NCBI GenBank assembly: GCA_963707915.1
Contig: OY970178.1
Span: forward strand, 1,760,001-1,824,000
Source of the DNA: Candidatus Eiseniibacteriota bacterium
GTDB taxonomy: Bacteria > Eisenbacteria > RBG-16-71-46
Length of the DNA: 64,000 bases
Direction: 5' to 3'
Shown: piece after piece, positions 14,602-24,142 of the stretch
Layout: each line of letters starts with the position of its first letter
Numbering within the stretch: the first letter of the stretch is position 1
Notes under the pieces: model-generated
Database searches by the model: none
The model's input: only the letters and a program-made list of their open reading frames with translations
What the model was told of the DNA's origin: nothing
Position numbers and translations under genes: made by a program

Positions 14602-17406
14602 TTGCCGATACCCCTTCCAGAGGTGCTGTCCCCGGGCCTGGCAGGCCGCCTTTCTCGTTTCCATCGATTCCCGACACAGGACGGTATGACCCTTCGCGGT
14701 CCGTTCGCTCGCGTGCGCGCCTGGCGTCCCAGCCTGCGGCTCGTCGACCCTCCGTGGGTCGCGGGGCCGGCCAGCATGGATCCGTCCGTGGGAGTGTCCG
14801 CCGCGTGGCGGAGCCTCGCCCGGCGCGGCCGGATCGGCGCTCCGCTCTACGCCCCGCTCTGCCTGGTCACCGCCGCCACGACCGGGATGCTCGCGACCCA
14901 CCTGACCCTCGTGGTCGGCTTCACGGCCGCGCTGGCCCTGGCCGGCGCCTGGAAGGTCCGGCTCGGCCGGATGGTCGAGCACCCGCACGACGCGATTCCG
15001 GCCGCGTGGCGCTGGGCGTTCACCGGTGCCACGATGGCGCAGGCCCTGCTCTGGGGCGGCTTCGCCGCGTTCGTCCTCGGGTACGACCGGTCGGGCGGTC
15101 ACGGGCTGATCGCCTGGCTCCCCACCATCGGGTTGTGCGCGAGCGCGATGACCTCGATGGCCGCCAGCCCGGTGATCTTCCGGCTGTTCCTGGCGTGCGC
15201 GCTGGGCCCGCCGCTGGTAACCGTGCTGGCCCCGGGCACGCAGCTGGGCCTCGGCTTCGGCGCGATGATCGTGCTCTTCATCGGCTTCATCGTGCTCGAG
15301 GGGAACCACCAGGGCCGGTCGTTCCGGCGGGCGATGATCAAGAACTTCCTGCTCGAGCAGCACGCCGCCGACCTCAAGGAGGCGCACCGCAGCGCCGAGC
15401 AGGCGCGCCGCGACGCCGAGGACGCGAACCGCCTCAAGTCCGAGTTCATCGCCAACGTGAGCCACGAGATCCGCACGCCGATGAACGGCGTGATCGGGAT
15501 GACCAGCCTGCTGCTCGACACCGCGCTGAACCCCGAGCAGCGCTCGCACGCCCTCGTCATCCGCAGCAGCGCCGACTCCCTGCTGGGCATCATCAACGAG
15601 ATCCTCGACTACTCGAAGCTCGGGGCCGGGCACGTGAACATCGAGGTCACGGACTTCGACGTGCGCGAGACGATGGACGAGGCCGCCGACCTGCTCGCGG
15701 CCCAGGCCCACGTCAAGGGCCTCGGCTTCGCGTGCCGCGTCCCGCCCGGCAGCCCGACGCAGCTGCGCGGCGACCCGAGCCGCATCCGCCAGGTCCTGGT
15801 GAACCTGATCGGCAACGCCATCAAGTTCACCGACACGGGCGAGGTGGTCATCGCGGTGCAGCCGGTGGCGCAGGAGACCGGCGCGGTCACGCTCCGGTTC
15901 ACCGTGCGCGACACCGGCATCGGGATCCCGCCGGAGCGCCAGGCCGCCGTCTTCGAGAGCTTCATCCAGGCCGACGGGAGTACGACGCGCCGGTACGGCG
16001 GCACCGGTCTCGGGCTCACCATCTCGCGCCAGCTCGTCGAGCTGATGGGCGGACGCATCGGGGTCGAGAGCGAGCCCGGGCGGGGCAGCACGTTCTGGTT
16101 CGAGCTGACGCTCGAGCGGACGGCCGCCTCCAGCCAGCCGGCCGCGGCGGACCACGACGGCCTGGCGGGACTGCCGGTCCTGGTGGTCTGCGCGCGCGCG
16201 ACCCAGCGGGAGATCATGGCGGAGACGCTCGCGTCCTGGGGCTGCCGGCCGATCGAGGCCTCGTCCTGCGAGGCGGGGTTGAGCATCCTGCGCGACAGCC
16301 GGGACGGGGACTCCGTCCGCCTCGTCCTGCTCGACCCGGGCGCGCGCGGGCTCGAGGGCGGGCACGCCCTCTCCGCGATCCGCTCCGACCGGCGGTTCAC
16401 CGCGCTCCCGATCGTCCTGCTGCTTCCCATCGGGACGTCGGGCGGCGACGAGGTCGCGCGGAGCCGCCAGTTCGCCGCCGTGCTTCCCGCGCCGGTGCGG
16501 CAGTCGCGGCTGCTCGAGGCGGTGCGGGCCGCGGTCGGCGTGGGCGCGCCCGCCACCGGCCCTCGCGCGGGGTCCGCGGGCGAGAATCCGCGGTCCCGGT
16601 TCCTCGGCTGCCGCGCGCTGCTGGCGGAGGACAACCAGGTCAACCAGCGCGTCGCGCTCGGCATGCTGGAGCGGCTGGGCGTGCGGGCGGACGCGGTCGC
16701 CAACGGCACCGAGGCGCTCGCCGCCCTCGACCTGGTGAACTACGACCTGGTGCTGATGGACGTGCAGATGCCGGAGATGGACGGCTTCGAGGCCACCGCC
16801 GTCATCCGCGAACGCGAGCGCGGCGGCGACCGGCGGCTCCCGATCATCGCCCTGACCGCCCACGTCATGCAGGACTACCGCGAGCGCTGCCTCGCCGCCG
16901 GGATGGACGACCACCTGCCGAAGCCGATCGAGCCGCGGCGGCTCGAGGAGGTCCTGCTGCGCTGGGCCCCCGAGCGGTCGGCGCGCGCGACTCCGCGGCC
17001 CGCGACCGCCGCGCCCGCCGAGGCGCCCGCCCCGTCGGAGGACACGGCGGAGGGCGAGTTCCCGGATCTCGACCTGGAGCGTCTCCAGTCCCTGACCGAT
17101 GGCGAGCCCGCACTGGAGCAGGAGCTGCTGACCCTGTTCGTCGAGAGCGCCCGCGAGACGCTGGCGGAACTGCGGGCCGCCCTCGAGGCCGGCGACGCCC
17201 GGCTCCTGAGCGCGAGCGCCCACGCCCTCAAGGGCAGCAGCCGCACCGTCGGGGCCGTCGAGCTCGGCGAGGTGGCCTGCGAGCTGGAACGACTGGGTGA
17301 CACCTCCGATTTCGCATCCGCATACGGAGCGCTCCTGAGCGCGGACGCAGCGTTCGAGCGAGTGGCGGCGACCATCAACGCGCGGCACCTCAAGCAGGCC
17401 GCCTGA
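14602..17406 (+). CDS. Membrane-bound hybrid sensor histidine kinase (HisKA, HATPase, degenerate REC, REC, Hpt); start uncertain
   Basis: Several TM segments; [46 protein letters not shown]; Hpt AHALKGSS. Confidence 0.93.
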   Translation: MPIPLPEVLSPGLAGRLSRFHRFPTQDGMTLRGPFARVRAWRPSLRLVDPPWVAGPASMDPSVGVSAAWRSLARRGRIGAPLYAPLCLVTAATTGMLATHLTLVVGFTAALALAGAWKVRLGRMVEHPHDAIPAAWRWAFTGATMAQALLWGGFAAFVLGYDRSGGHGLIAWLPTIGLCASAMTSMAASPVIFRLFLACALGPPLVTVLAPGTQLGLGFGAMIVLFIGFIVLEGNHQGRSFRRAMIKNFLLEQHAADLKEAHRSAEQARRDAEDANRLKSEFIANVSHEIRTPMNGVIGMTSLLLDTALNPEQRSHALVIRSSADSLLGIINEILDYSKLGAGHVNIEVTDFDVRETMDEAADLLAAQAHVKGLGFACRVPPGSPTQLRGDPSRIRQVLVNLIGNAIKFTDTGEVVIAVQPVAQETGAVTLRFTVRDTGIGIPPERQAAVFESFIQADGSTTRRYGGTGLGLTISRQLVELMGGRIGVESEPGRGSTFWFELTLERTAASSQPAAADHDGLAGLPVLVVCARATQREIMAETLASWGCRPIEASSCEAGLSILRDSRDGDSVRLVLLDPGARGLEGGHALSAIRSDRRFTALPIVLLLPIGTSGGDEVARSRQFAAVLPAPVRQSRLLEAVRAAVGVGAPATGPRAGSAGENPRSRFLGCRALLAEDNQVNQRVALGMLERLGVRADAVANGTEALAALDLVNYDLVLMDVQMPEMDGFEATAVIRERERGGDRRLPIIALTAHVMQDYRERCLAAGMDDHLPKPIEPRRLEEVLLRWAPERSARATPRPATAAPAEAPAPSEDTAEGEFPDLDLERLQSLTDGEPALEQELLTLFVESARETLAELRAALEAGDARLLSASAHALKGSSRTVGAVELGEVACELERLGDTSDFASAYGALLSADAAFERVAATINARHLKQAA

Positions 17407-17419
17407 AAGCGAGCACCCG

Positions 17420-19660
17420 ATGAACCCGACCCGCAACGACCTGGCGAGCACGAACGCGGCCCCGAATGGACACTGGCTGTCCGACGTCGTGACCCGGCAG
17501 CGGCTGGCCCCGCCCGGCGCCCTGCAGCTCCTGCCCGGAGACGACCTCGAGGCCTGCTGGGCCGCGGCGGCGCGCGCGTCCGGGATCAGCCAGGACGAGC
17601 TCGCGATCCACGTCGCGACGCACTTCGGCCTCGCCGCGGCGTCGCTCGCGTCCGCGGACCCGCGGACCGTGCGCCTGCTGCCGGAGCCGCTGATGCGGCG
17701 CCACCACGTGTTTCCGCTGCGGGAGGACGATCGCGAGCTGGTGGTCGCGGTCGCGGACCCCACGAACATGTCGGTCGAGGACGACGTGGCCTTCTCGTCG
17801 GACCGCAGGCCGGTGCTCGAGATCGCGCCCCCCCTGGCGATCCTCGAGGCCATCCGCAGCCTGATGGCGCCGGCCGATGGCATGGCGATGGACGTCGGCA
17901 ACGGGGCCGAGGCGGCGGTCGAGCTCCTGGAAGAGGCCTCCGTCGAGGTCGTGGACGCGCAGGAGGCCGAGTTCGCGCCGGTCATCAAGCTCACCAACCT
18001 GATGCTGCGGTCGGCGGTGGATCGGCGCGCGAGCGACGTGCACGTCGAGATCGTCGGGCGCGAGGGCCTGGTGCGCTTCCGCGTGGACGGCGTGCTGCAC
18101 AACTACATGCGGATGCCCCTCCCGGCGCTCAACCGCGTGCTCTCGCGCATCAAGATCATGGGCAAGCTCGACATCGCGGACCGCCTCCACCCGCAGGACG
18201 GGCGCGCCAGCATCAGCGTCAACGGCTCGGTCTGCGACCTGCGCATCTCGACCGTGCCCACGCGTCTCACCGAGAAAGCCGTGATCCGGCTCCTGCCGCA
18301 GGGCACCGCACCGAGACTTCCCGACCTCGGCCTGCCGGAGGACCAACTGCTCGCGATCCGCGCGCTGGTCTCCAACCGCAACGGCATCGTGCTGGTCACG
18401 GGCCCGACCGGCTCCGGCAAGACCACCACGCTCTACGCGGCGATCCGGGAGCTCTCGACCGGCCAGCAGAACATCATGACGGTCGAGGACCCGATCGAGT
18501 ACGACCTGCCGGGGATCACCCAGGTCCAGGTGGAGCCCAGGCAGGGCTTGACCTTCGCCTCCGCCCTGCGCAGCCTGCTTCGGCAGGACCCCGACGTCAT
18601 CCTGGTCGGCGAGATCCGCGACCTCGAGACCGCCGAGGTGGCGGTGCAGGCGAGCATGACCGGGCACCTGGTGCTGGCCACGCTGCACACCAACGACGCC
18701 CCGGCGGCGATCCAGCGGCTGCTCGACCTCGGGCTGGACCGCTCGAGCGTCGCCGCGACGCTGCGCGGTGTCATCTCCCAGCGGCTGGTGCGGCGCGTCT
18801 GCCCGGCCTGCGCCCAGCCGGTGGACGGCGCCCTGAACGCCGGCGAGCGACGCCTGGCGGAGCTGAGCGGCGCGGAACCGGTGGTGCGGGCCGTCGGGTG
18901 CCAGAGCTGCACGAAGTCCGGCTACCGTGGACGGATGCCGGTCGTGGAAGTGCTCACGATGACGTCCCCGCTGACCGCGCTGGTCTCCCACGGGGCCACC
19001 CTCGACGAGCTGCAACTCGGCGCCCGCAAGGCCGGCCTGGTCACCCTGTGCGAGGCGGCCCTGGTCCGCGCACGCGCGGGCGAGACCACGCTCGAGGAGA
19101 TCGACCGGGTCATCGGGTTCCCGCCGGCGCCGGAGCGGCCCGCCGCGGGGCCGGCACCGGCCGCGGCGCCCGCCCCCGCCGCGCTCGCGGCGGTGCCGCC
19201 CCCGCCTGCCGTTCCGGCCGTCCGCGGGGCCGTGGCGACGCCGGCGGTGGCCGCCACGGCCGCCGCGATGCCGGTCGTCGCGGTGCGGCCGCTGATCCTG
19301 ATGGTGGACGACGACCTCGTGAACCGGCGGGTCGCGCGCGTGTCCATGGAGAAGAGCGGCTTCCGCGTGGAGGAGAGCGTGGACGGCGTGGAGGCGGTCG
19401 AGCGCCTGAAGCGGGAGCCGCCGCCCGAACTCGTCGTCCTCGACCTGCAGATGCCGAGGATGGGCGGAGCCGATGTCCTGGACTGGATGCGGAAGACCCC
19501 CGCCACGGCCTCGATCCCGGTGATCGTCTTCACCGCGATGGGGGCCGACAACGAGGCCCAGCTGATGGACGCCGGCGCCGACGACTACGTGCGCAAACCG
19601 CTCGACCCGCCGCGCTTCATCTCGCGGATCAAGGCCGCGCTCAGGCGCCGGACCTACTAG
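17420..19660 (+). CDS. GspE/PilB-family secretion/pilus ATPase fused to a C-terminal receiver domain
   Basis: ASDVH, RFRVDG, PQDGR, Walker A GPTGSGKTT, TVEDPIEY, LVGEIRD, GHLVLATLH, CPAC/CQSC; Pro/Ala linker; REC VDDD..LDLQMP..FTA..RKP. Confidence 0.92.
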   Translation: MNPTRNDLASTNAAPNGHWLSDVVTRQRLAPPGALQLLPGDDLEACWAAAARASGISQDELAIHVATHFGLAAASLASADPRTVRLLPEPLMRRHHVFPLREDDRELVVAVADPTNMSVEDDVAFSSDRRPVLEIAPPLAILEAIRSLMAPADGMAMDVGNGAEAAVELLEEASVEVVDAQEAEFAPVIKLTNLMLRSAVDRRASDVHVEIVGREGLVRFRVDGVLHNYMRMPLPALNRVLSRIKIMGKLDIADRLHPQDGRASISVNGSVCDLRISTVPTRLTEKAVIRLLPQGTAPRLPDLGLPEDQLLAIRALVSNRNGIVLVTGPTGSGKTTTLYAAIRELSTGQQNIMTVEDPIEYDLPGITQVQVEPRQGLTFASALRSLLRQDPDVILVGEIRDLETAEVAVQASMTGHLVLATLHTNDAPAAIQRLLDLGLDRSSVAATLRGVISQRLVRRVCPACAQPVDGALNAGERRLAELSGAEPVVRAVGCQSCTKSGYRGRMPVVEVLTMTSPLTALVSHGATLDELQLGARKAGLVTLCEAALVRARAGETTLEEIDRVIGFPPAPERPAAGPAPAAAPAPAALAAVPPPPAVPAVRGAVATPAVAATAAAMPVVAVRPLILMVDDDLVNRRVARVSMEKSGFRVEESVDGVEAVERLKREPPPELVVLDLQMPRMGGADVLDWMRKTPATASIPVIVFTAMGADNEAQLMDAGADDYVRKPLDPPRFISRIKAALRRRTY

Positions 19661-19681
19661 GTCGCGCGCGACCGGAAGCGC

Positions 19682-19712
19682 CGATGGCCGCCCGGCTCAC
19701 GGGCGGCCATCG
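19682..19712. terminator. Perfect 13-bp hairpin downstream of the ATPase gene
   Basis: CGATGGCCGCCCG-gctca-CGGGCGGCCATCG; no clear U-tract. Confidence 0.5.
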
Positions 19713-19946
19713 TGCGTGACGCGGGCGCTCCGCCGGGCCCGACGACTGGCGCGTCTCGCACCGGCGGTCGGCGTCATGGGTGGGCCCCTCCCTTCGACGG
19801 ACCCAGACTAGGAACGGGCGCGGCGGGAGCCAATCCCGGATGCCGGCGCCGGCCGCCGGACGTGCGGCCTCCCGCGTGCGGGGCTATGATGCGCCCTGAT
19901 CGACCGCCGCGACTTCACCCGCATCCCTCTGCACAGGAGGTTCGTC

Positions 19947-21986
19947 ATGGGTCACCAACGCCTCGCCGCGGCTCTCGCCGCGCCCCTCGTGATGCTCCTG
20001 TTCGCGCACTCGGTGTCCGCGGCGCCGCCCGCGACGCACGGCCTGGACCCTGCCGACCTGGACACCACGGTCGCGCCCTGCCGGGACTTCTACCGCTACG
20101 CGGACGGCGGCTGGATCGCCCACGCGAAGATGCCCGCGGCCTACTCGCGTTACGGCGGCTTCGAGGAGCTCTCGGACCGCAACATCGACCAGGTGCACCG
20201 CCTGCTCGAGGACGTGGTGCGGAAGGCCGGTGGCTCGACCCGCGGCAATCCCGGCCTGCTCGCGACCTTCTACGGCACGGCGATGGATTCGGCGCGGGCC
20301 GAGCGCGAGGGCAGGCGTCCGATCGATCCGCTGCTGGCCCGCATCGGCGCGCTCGAGAGCAAGGCCGGGCTGGCCGCCGAGGCCGCGCGACTCCACGCCG
20401 ACGGTGTCGCCGCGCTCTTCTCGCTGGCCGGCATGGCCGACCCCGGGAACAGCTCGAGGGTGATCGCGACCGCGGGCCAGGGCGGCCTCTCGCTGCCCGA
20501 CCGCGACTACTACTTCCGGTCCGACTCGGCCTCGCAGCACGTGCGCACGGAGTTCGTCGCCCACGTCGCGCGCACCTTCGGCCTGCTGGGCGAGCCCGGC
20601 GAGACAGCGGCCGTCCAGGCGCAGGCCGTGATGGGGATCGAGACCGCGCTGGCCCGGGCCTCGATGACGCGCGTGCAGCAGCGCGATCCCCGGGCCACCT
20701 ACCACAAGCTGCCGCTGGACGAACTGCGCAAGCTGTGCCCGTCGCTCGACTGGAGCGCGTACCTCGCCGCCGCGGGCGTCCCGGGGGTGACCGAGTTGAA
20801 CGTGCGCCAGCCGGGCTTCTTCGCCGCGCTCGACAGCACGCTGCAGGCCGTGCCGCTCGCCGACTGGAAGACGTACCTGCGCTGGCAGGTCGTGCGCGCG
20901 GCCTCTCCCCTCCTGTCCACCCCGTTCGTGAACGAGGACTTCCGCTTCCAGCGCGTGCTCTCGGGCGCGACCGAGATGCTGCCCCGCTGGCGCCGCGCCA
21001 TCGAGGCCACCGACCGCTCGCTGGGCGAGGCGCTCGGCGCGGTCTACGTGCAGACCTACTTCACCCCGGAAACCAAGACCCGCGCGCTCGAGCTGGTGAA
21101 GAACCTCAAGGCCGCCTTCCGCGACCACATCCAGAACCTGCCCTGGATGAGCGACACCACCAAGGCGCAGGCGCTGCGCAAGCTCGACGCGATGGGCGTG
21201 AAGATCGGCTGGCCCGACCGGTGGCGGGACTACGCGAAGCTCGAGCTCGAGCACGACTCGTTCGCGGCGAACTGGATGCGGGCGAATCGCTTCGAGCGCG
21301 CCTGGCGGCTCGGGAAGATCGGCGGGCCGGTGGACCGGACCGAGTTCAGCATGACGCCGCCGACCGTGAACGCGCGCTACAGCCCCTCGCTCAACGACAT
21401 CCTGTTCCCGGCCGGCATCCTGCAGTTCCCCTTCTTCGACCCGAAGGCCGACGACGCGCTCAACTACGGCGGCATCGGCGCGGTCATCGGGCACGAGATG
21501 ACGCACGGGTTCGACGACAGCGGCCGCCAGTACGACGCCGAGGGGAACCTCAAGGACTGGTGGAAGGCCGAGGACGCGAAGAAGTACCAGGTGCAGGTGG
21601 ACCGGATCGTCGCCCAGTACGACGCCTACACCGTGCTCGACACCGTGCACGTGAACGGCCGGCTGACCACCGGCGAGAACGTCTCGGACCTGGGCGGGCT
21701 CACCATGTCCTACGCCGCGCTGCAGAAGGCGCTCGACGGCAAGCCGCGGCCCGCCATCGACGGATTCACGCCCGAGCAGCGCTTCTTCCTCTCCTACGCC
21801 CGCGTCTGGCGCCAGCTCGTCCGGCCCGCCGAGGCGGTGCGCCGCATCAACACCGACCCGCACTCGCCCGGCATCTGGCGCGTGATGGGACCGCTCTCCA
21901 ACATGCCCGAGTTCGAGCGGGCGTTCGGCTGCACCGGCGAGGGCACCATGATGCGGACGGAGGCGGAGCGCGTGAAGATCTGGTAG
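19947..21986 (+). CDS. Secreted M13 (neprilysin/PepO) metallopeptidase
   Basis: Signal peptide, VNA.Y, GAVIGHEMTHGFD, GENVSD, DPHSP; AGGAGG RBS. Confidence 0.95.
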   Translation: MGHQRLAAALAAPLVMLLFAHSVSAAPPATHGLDPADLDTTVAPCRDFYRYADGGWIAHAKMPAAYSRYGGFEELSDRNIDQVHRLLEDVVRKAGGSTRGNPGLLATFYGTAMDSARAEREGRRPIDPLLARIGALESKAGLAAEAARLHADGVAALFSLAGMADPGNSSRVIATAGQGGLSLPDRDYYFRSDSASQHVRTEFVAHVARTFGLLGEPGETAAVQAQAVMGIETALARASMTRVQQRDPRATYHKLPLDELRKLCPSLDWSAYLAAAGVPGVTELNVRQPGFFAALDSTLQAVPLADWKTYLRWQVVRAASPLLSTPFVNEDFRFQRVLSGATEMLPRWRRAIEATDRSLGEALGAVYVQTYFTPETKTRALELVKNLKAAFRDHIQNLPWMSDTTKAQALRKLDAMGVKIGWPDRWRDYAKLELEHDSFAANWMRANRFERAWRLGKIGGPVDRTEFSMTPPTVNARYSPSLNDILFPAGILQFPFFDPKADDALNYGGIGAVIGHEMTHGFDDSGRQYDAEGNLKDWWKAEDAKKYQVQVDRIVAQYDAYTVLDTVHVNGRLTTGENVSDLGGLTMSYAALQKALDGKPRPAIDGFTPEQRFFLSYARVWRQLVRPAEAVRRINTDPHSPGIWRVMGPLSNMPEFERAFGCTGEGTMMRTEAERVKIW

Positions 21987-22245
21987 ACGAAGACGCCCGA
22001 CGAGGGCCATACCAACGCGCGGGGCCGGCTCCCACGAGCCGGCCCGGCGTGTCTGCCACGACCGCCGGAGGGACCCCGATGGCGGCGTGGTTCACCGGAC
22101 CCGCGGAAGGTCGTTGCATCCTCCGGTGGCCGGTGGGACACTCATGCAGGTCATCCCCCCTGCGGCTGCACCGGAGGGTTCCGACGCGGCCCACGAGGCC
22201 CCTCGCGGAAGCGCCATCCGCTCCCGCGGATCATGGGAGGGTCGC

Positions 22246-22899
22246 ATGCGGATCCGCTGCTTCGTCCTCGTTCTCCTGCTGGGTGCCGGCTGGCCTGCCG
22301 CGGCAGCCGCCGCGCCATCGCTTCCGGTTGCCGATCCCACCCACTGCACCACGACCGTCCGCTTCGTCGTCTGCCCCGCCGGGGACGTCCCGTTCGAGGT
22401 CGTCGTGCTCGACCAGTACTGGATGCCGATGGCCGGCAGCGGGGTCTGGATCGACTTCAGCCGATGCGCCGGCCTGCGGCTCTGCCCGGACTGCTGCGCG
22501 GGCGCGGTCGTCGATCCGGCGGCCCGCACGATCCGCGCGACGACCGACGCGTCGGGCAGAGCCCGCTTCTGGCCCGCGATGGGCGGCGTCTGCAACGGTT
22601 CCACGGTCAGCGTCTCGGTCGCCGCCATGCCCGGAGACACCCGGCCCACCGTCTTCCTCAAGGTGTCCGCCGTGAGCTCGTCCGACCAGGACGGCGACCT
22701 GGACGTGGACGCCGACGACGTCGGGATCGTGACCGCAGCGCTCTACACGATCAACTGGGGCGCCGACTTCAACGGCGACGGAGAGGTGTCGCCGGCGGAC
22801 CTGGCCTGGCTCACGAACGGCCACGTCGGGCACGCCTGTGCGGGCGTCGTGCCCGCCCGGGCGTCCACCTGGGGAGCGCTCAAGCTGCACTACCGGTGA
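22246..22899 (+). CDS. Secreted Cys-rich protein with dockerin/EF-hand-like loops and C-terminal TWGALKLHYR motif
   Basis: GGAGG RBS, signal peptide, DQDGDLDVDADD and DFNGDGEVSPAD loops. Confidence 0.7.
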   Translation: MRIRCFVLVLLLGAGWPAAAAAAPSLPVADPTHCTTTVRFVVCPAGDVPFEVVVLDQYWMPMAGSGVWIDFSRCAGLRLCPDCCAGAVVDPAARTIRATTDASGRARFWPAMGGVCNGSTVSVSVAAMPGDTRPTVFLKVSAVSSSDQDGDLDVDADDVGIVTAALYTINWGADFNGDGEVSPADLAWLTNGHVGHACAGVVPARASTWGALKLHYR

Positions 22900-22979
22900 T
22901 CGTGCCGCGCGTCGCGCGGAGCCCCGCCGGGGCCGGCTCGCTCGAGCCGGCCCCGTCATATTCGGGCGTTCGCGCGGAG

Positions 22980-24027
22980 CTACGCCCCGAACCAGCGCGC
23001 CACCAGGCTACGGGCGAGCGACAGGTCGTCCGTGCCCTTCACGATCGCGCGGCCGTCGGCGAAGAGCGTGAGCTCGTAGGGTGGCACGCGCAGCCGCACG
23101 ACGAACCCGTTCGCCAGCACCTCGCCGGCCCCACCCGCGGCCCGCGTGCCACGCAGGCGCGCGGCGACCGCGGCGAGGTCGGGCACCGCGCCGCCCGCCG
23201 GCCTCACCAGCACCGCGTCGCGGCCGCACAGGACCTCGGCCGGCTCCGCGCCGCGCTCCAGGAACTCGAAGCGCCGCTCGCCGCAGCAGGGGCAGCGCGG
23301 GTCCCGCGGCGGCAGCTCGACGTGCTGGAAGCGCAGGTCCCAGACGTCCGCGCTCACCATCACCGCAGGCTCGGGGGCCTCGCGGGTGACGAGCCAGCGC
23401 AGCGCCTGTGCCACCTCGAGCGCGGCGATCAGGTGCGCGACGGGGCCGAGGACGCCGACGGTGTCGCAGGTCGGAGTCGAGCCCGGCGGGGGCAACTCGG
23501 GCTGGATGCAGCGGAAGCACGGGGTGCTGCCCGGCACGATCAGCGTGCTCACCCCGTAGCTGCCGACGCAGGCCCCGTGCACCCAGGGCAGGCCCGCGTG
23601 CACGCAGGCGTCGTTGAGCAGGTAGCGGCCCTCGAAGTTGTCGAAGCCGTCCACCACCAGGTCCACGCCCTCGATCAGCCCGGCGAGATTGCCGGCGTGC
23701 AGGTCGGTCGACCACGGGCTCGACCGCGACTTCGGAGTTGATCGCGGCGAGGTGGCGCGCGGCGGCCACGGCCTTGGGGATGCAGTCGCGCGTGTCGGCC
23801 TCGTCGAAGAGCGCCTGCCGCTGGAGGTTCGTGAGGTCGACGACGTCGCGGTCCACGATCCGCAGGAAGCCGACGCCCCCGCGCGCCAGCAGGTTCGCGG
23901 CCTCGGCGCCGAGCCCGCCGCAGCCCAGCAGCAGCACGCGCGCGGCGCGCAGCCGCGCCTGCCCCGCCACCCCGATCGGCGCGTGGAGGATCTGCCGCGA
24001 GTAGCGGTCGTCGGCCGGCGGGCGCAT
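22980..24027 (-). pseudogene. ThiF/MoeB-family adenylyltransferase with one frameshift near 23705 (probably a sequence error)
   Basis: RYSRQI, GCGGLG, DRDVVDLTNLQRQ in one frame; DGFDNF, PCFRC, TCDTVG, CPCC, LFADGRAIVKGT in the other. Confidence 0.85.
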
Positions 24028-24142
24028 CGGACGCTCCTCTCCTGTCATGCCGACATGTTGTCCGGGTCGTCGCCGAGAATCAAGCCGCCCCGGGAGTCCG
24101 GGGCGGCCAGGGCGTTGCCGGGAACACCCCCCGAGCCGGGGA

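Noticed and set aside
14239..18102. Long antisense or alternative-frame ORFs (also 44392-47859, 19712-22675 and others)
   Set aside because: Arg/Ala/Pro/Gly-rich shadows of real genes, expected at this GC content
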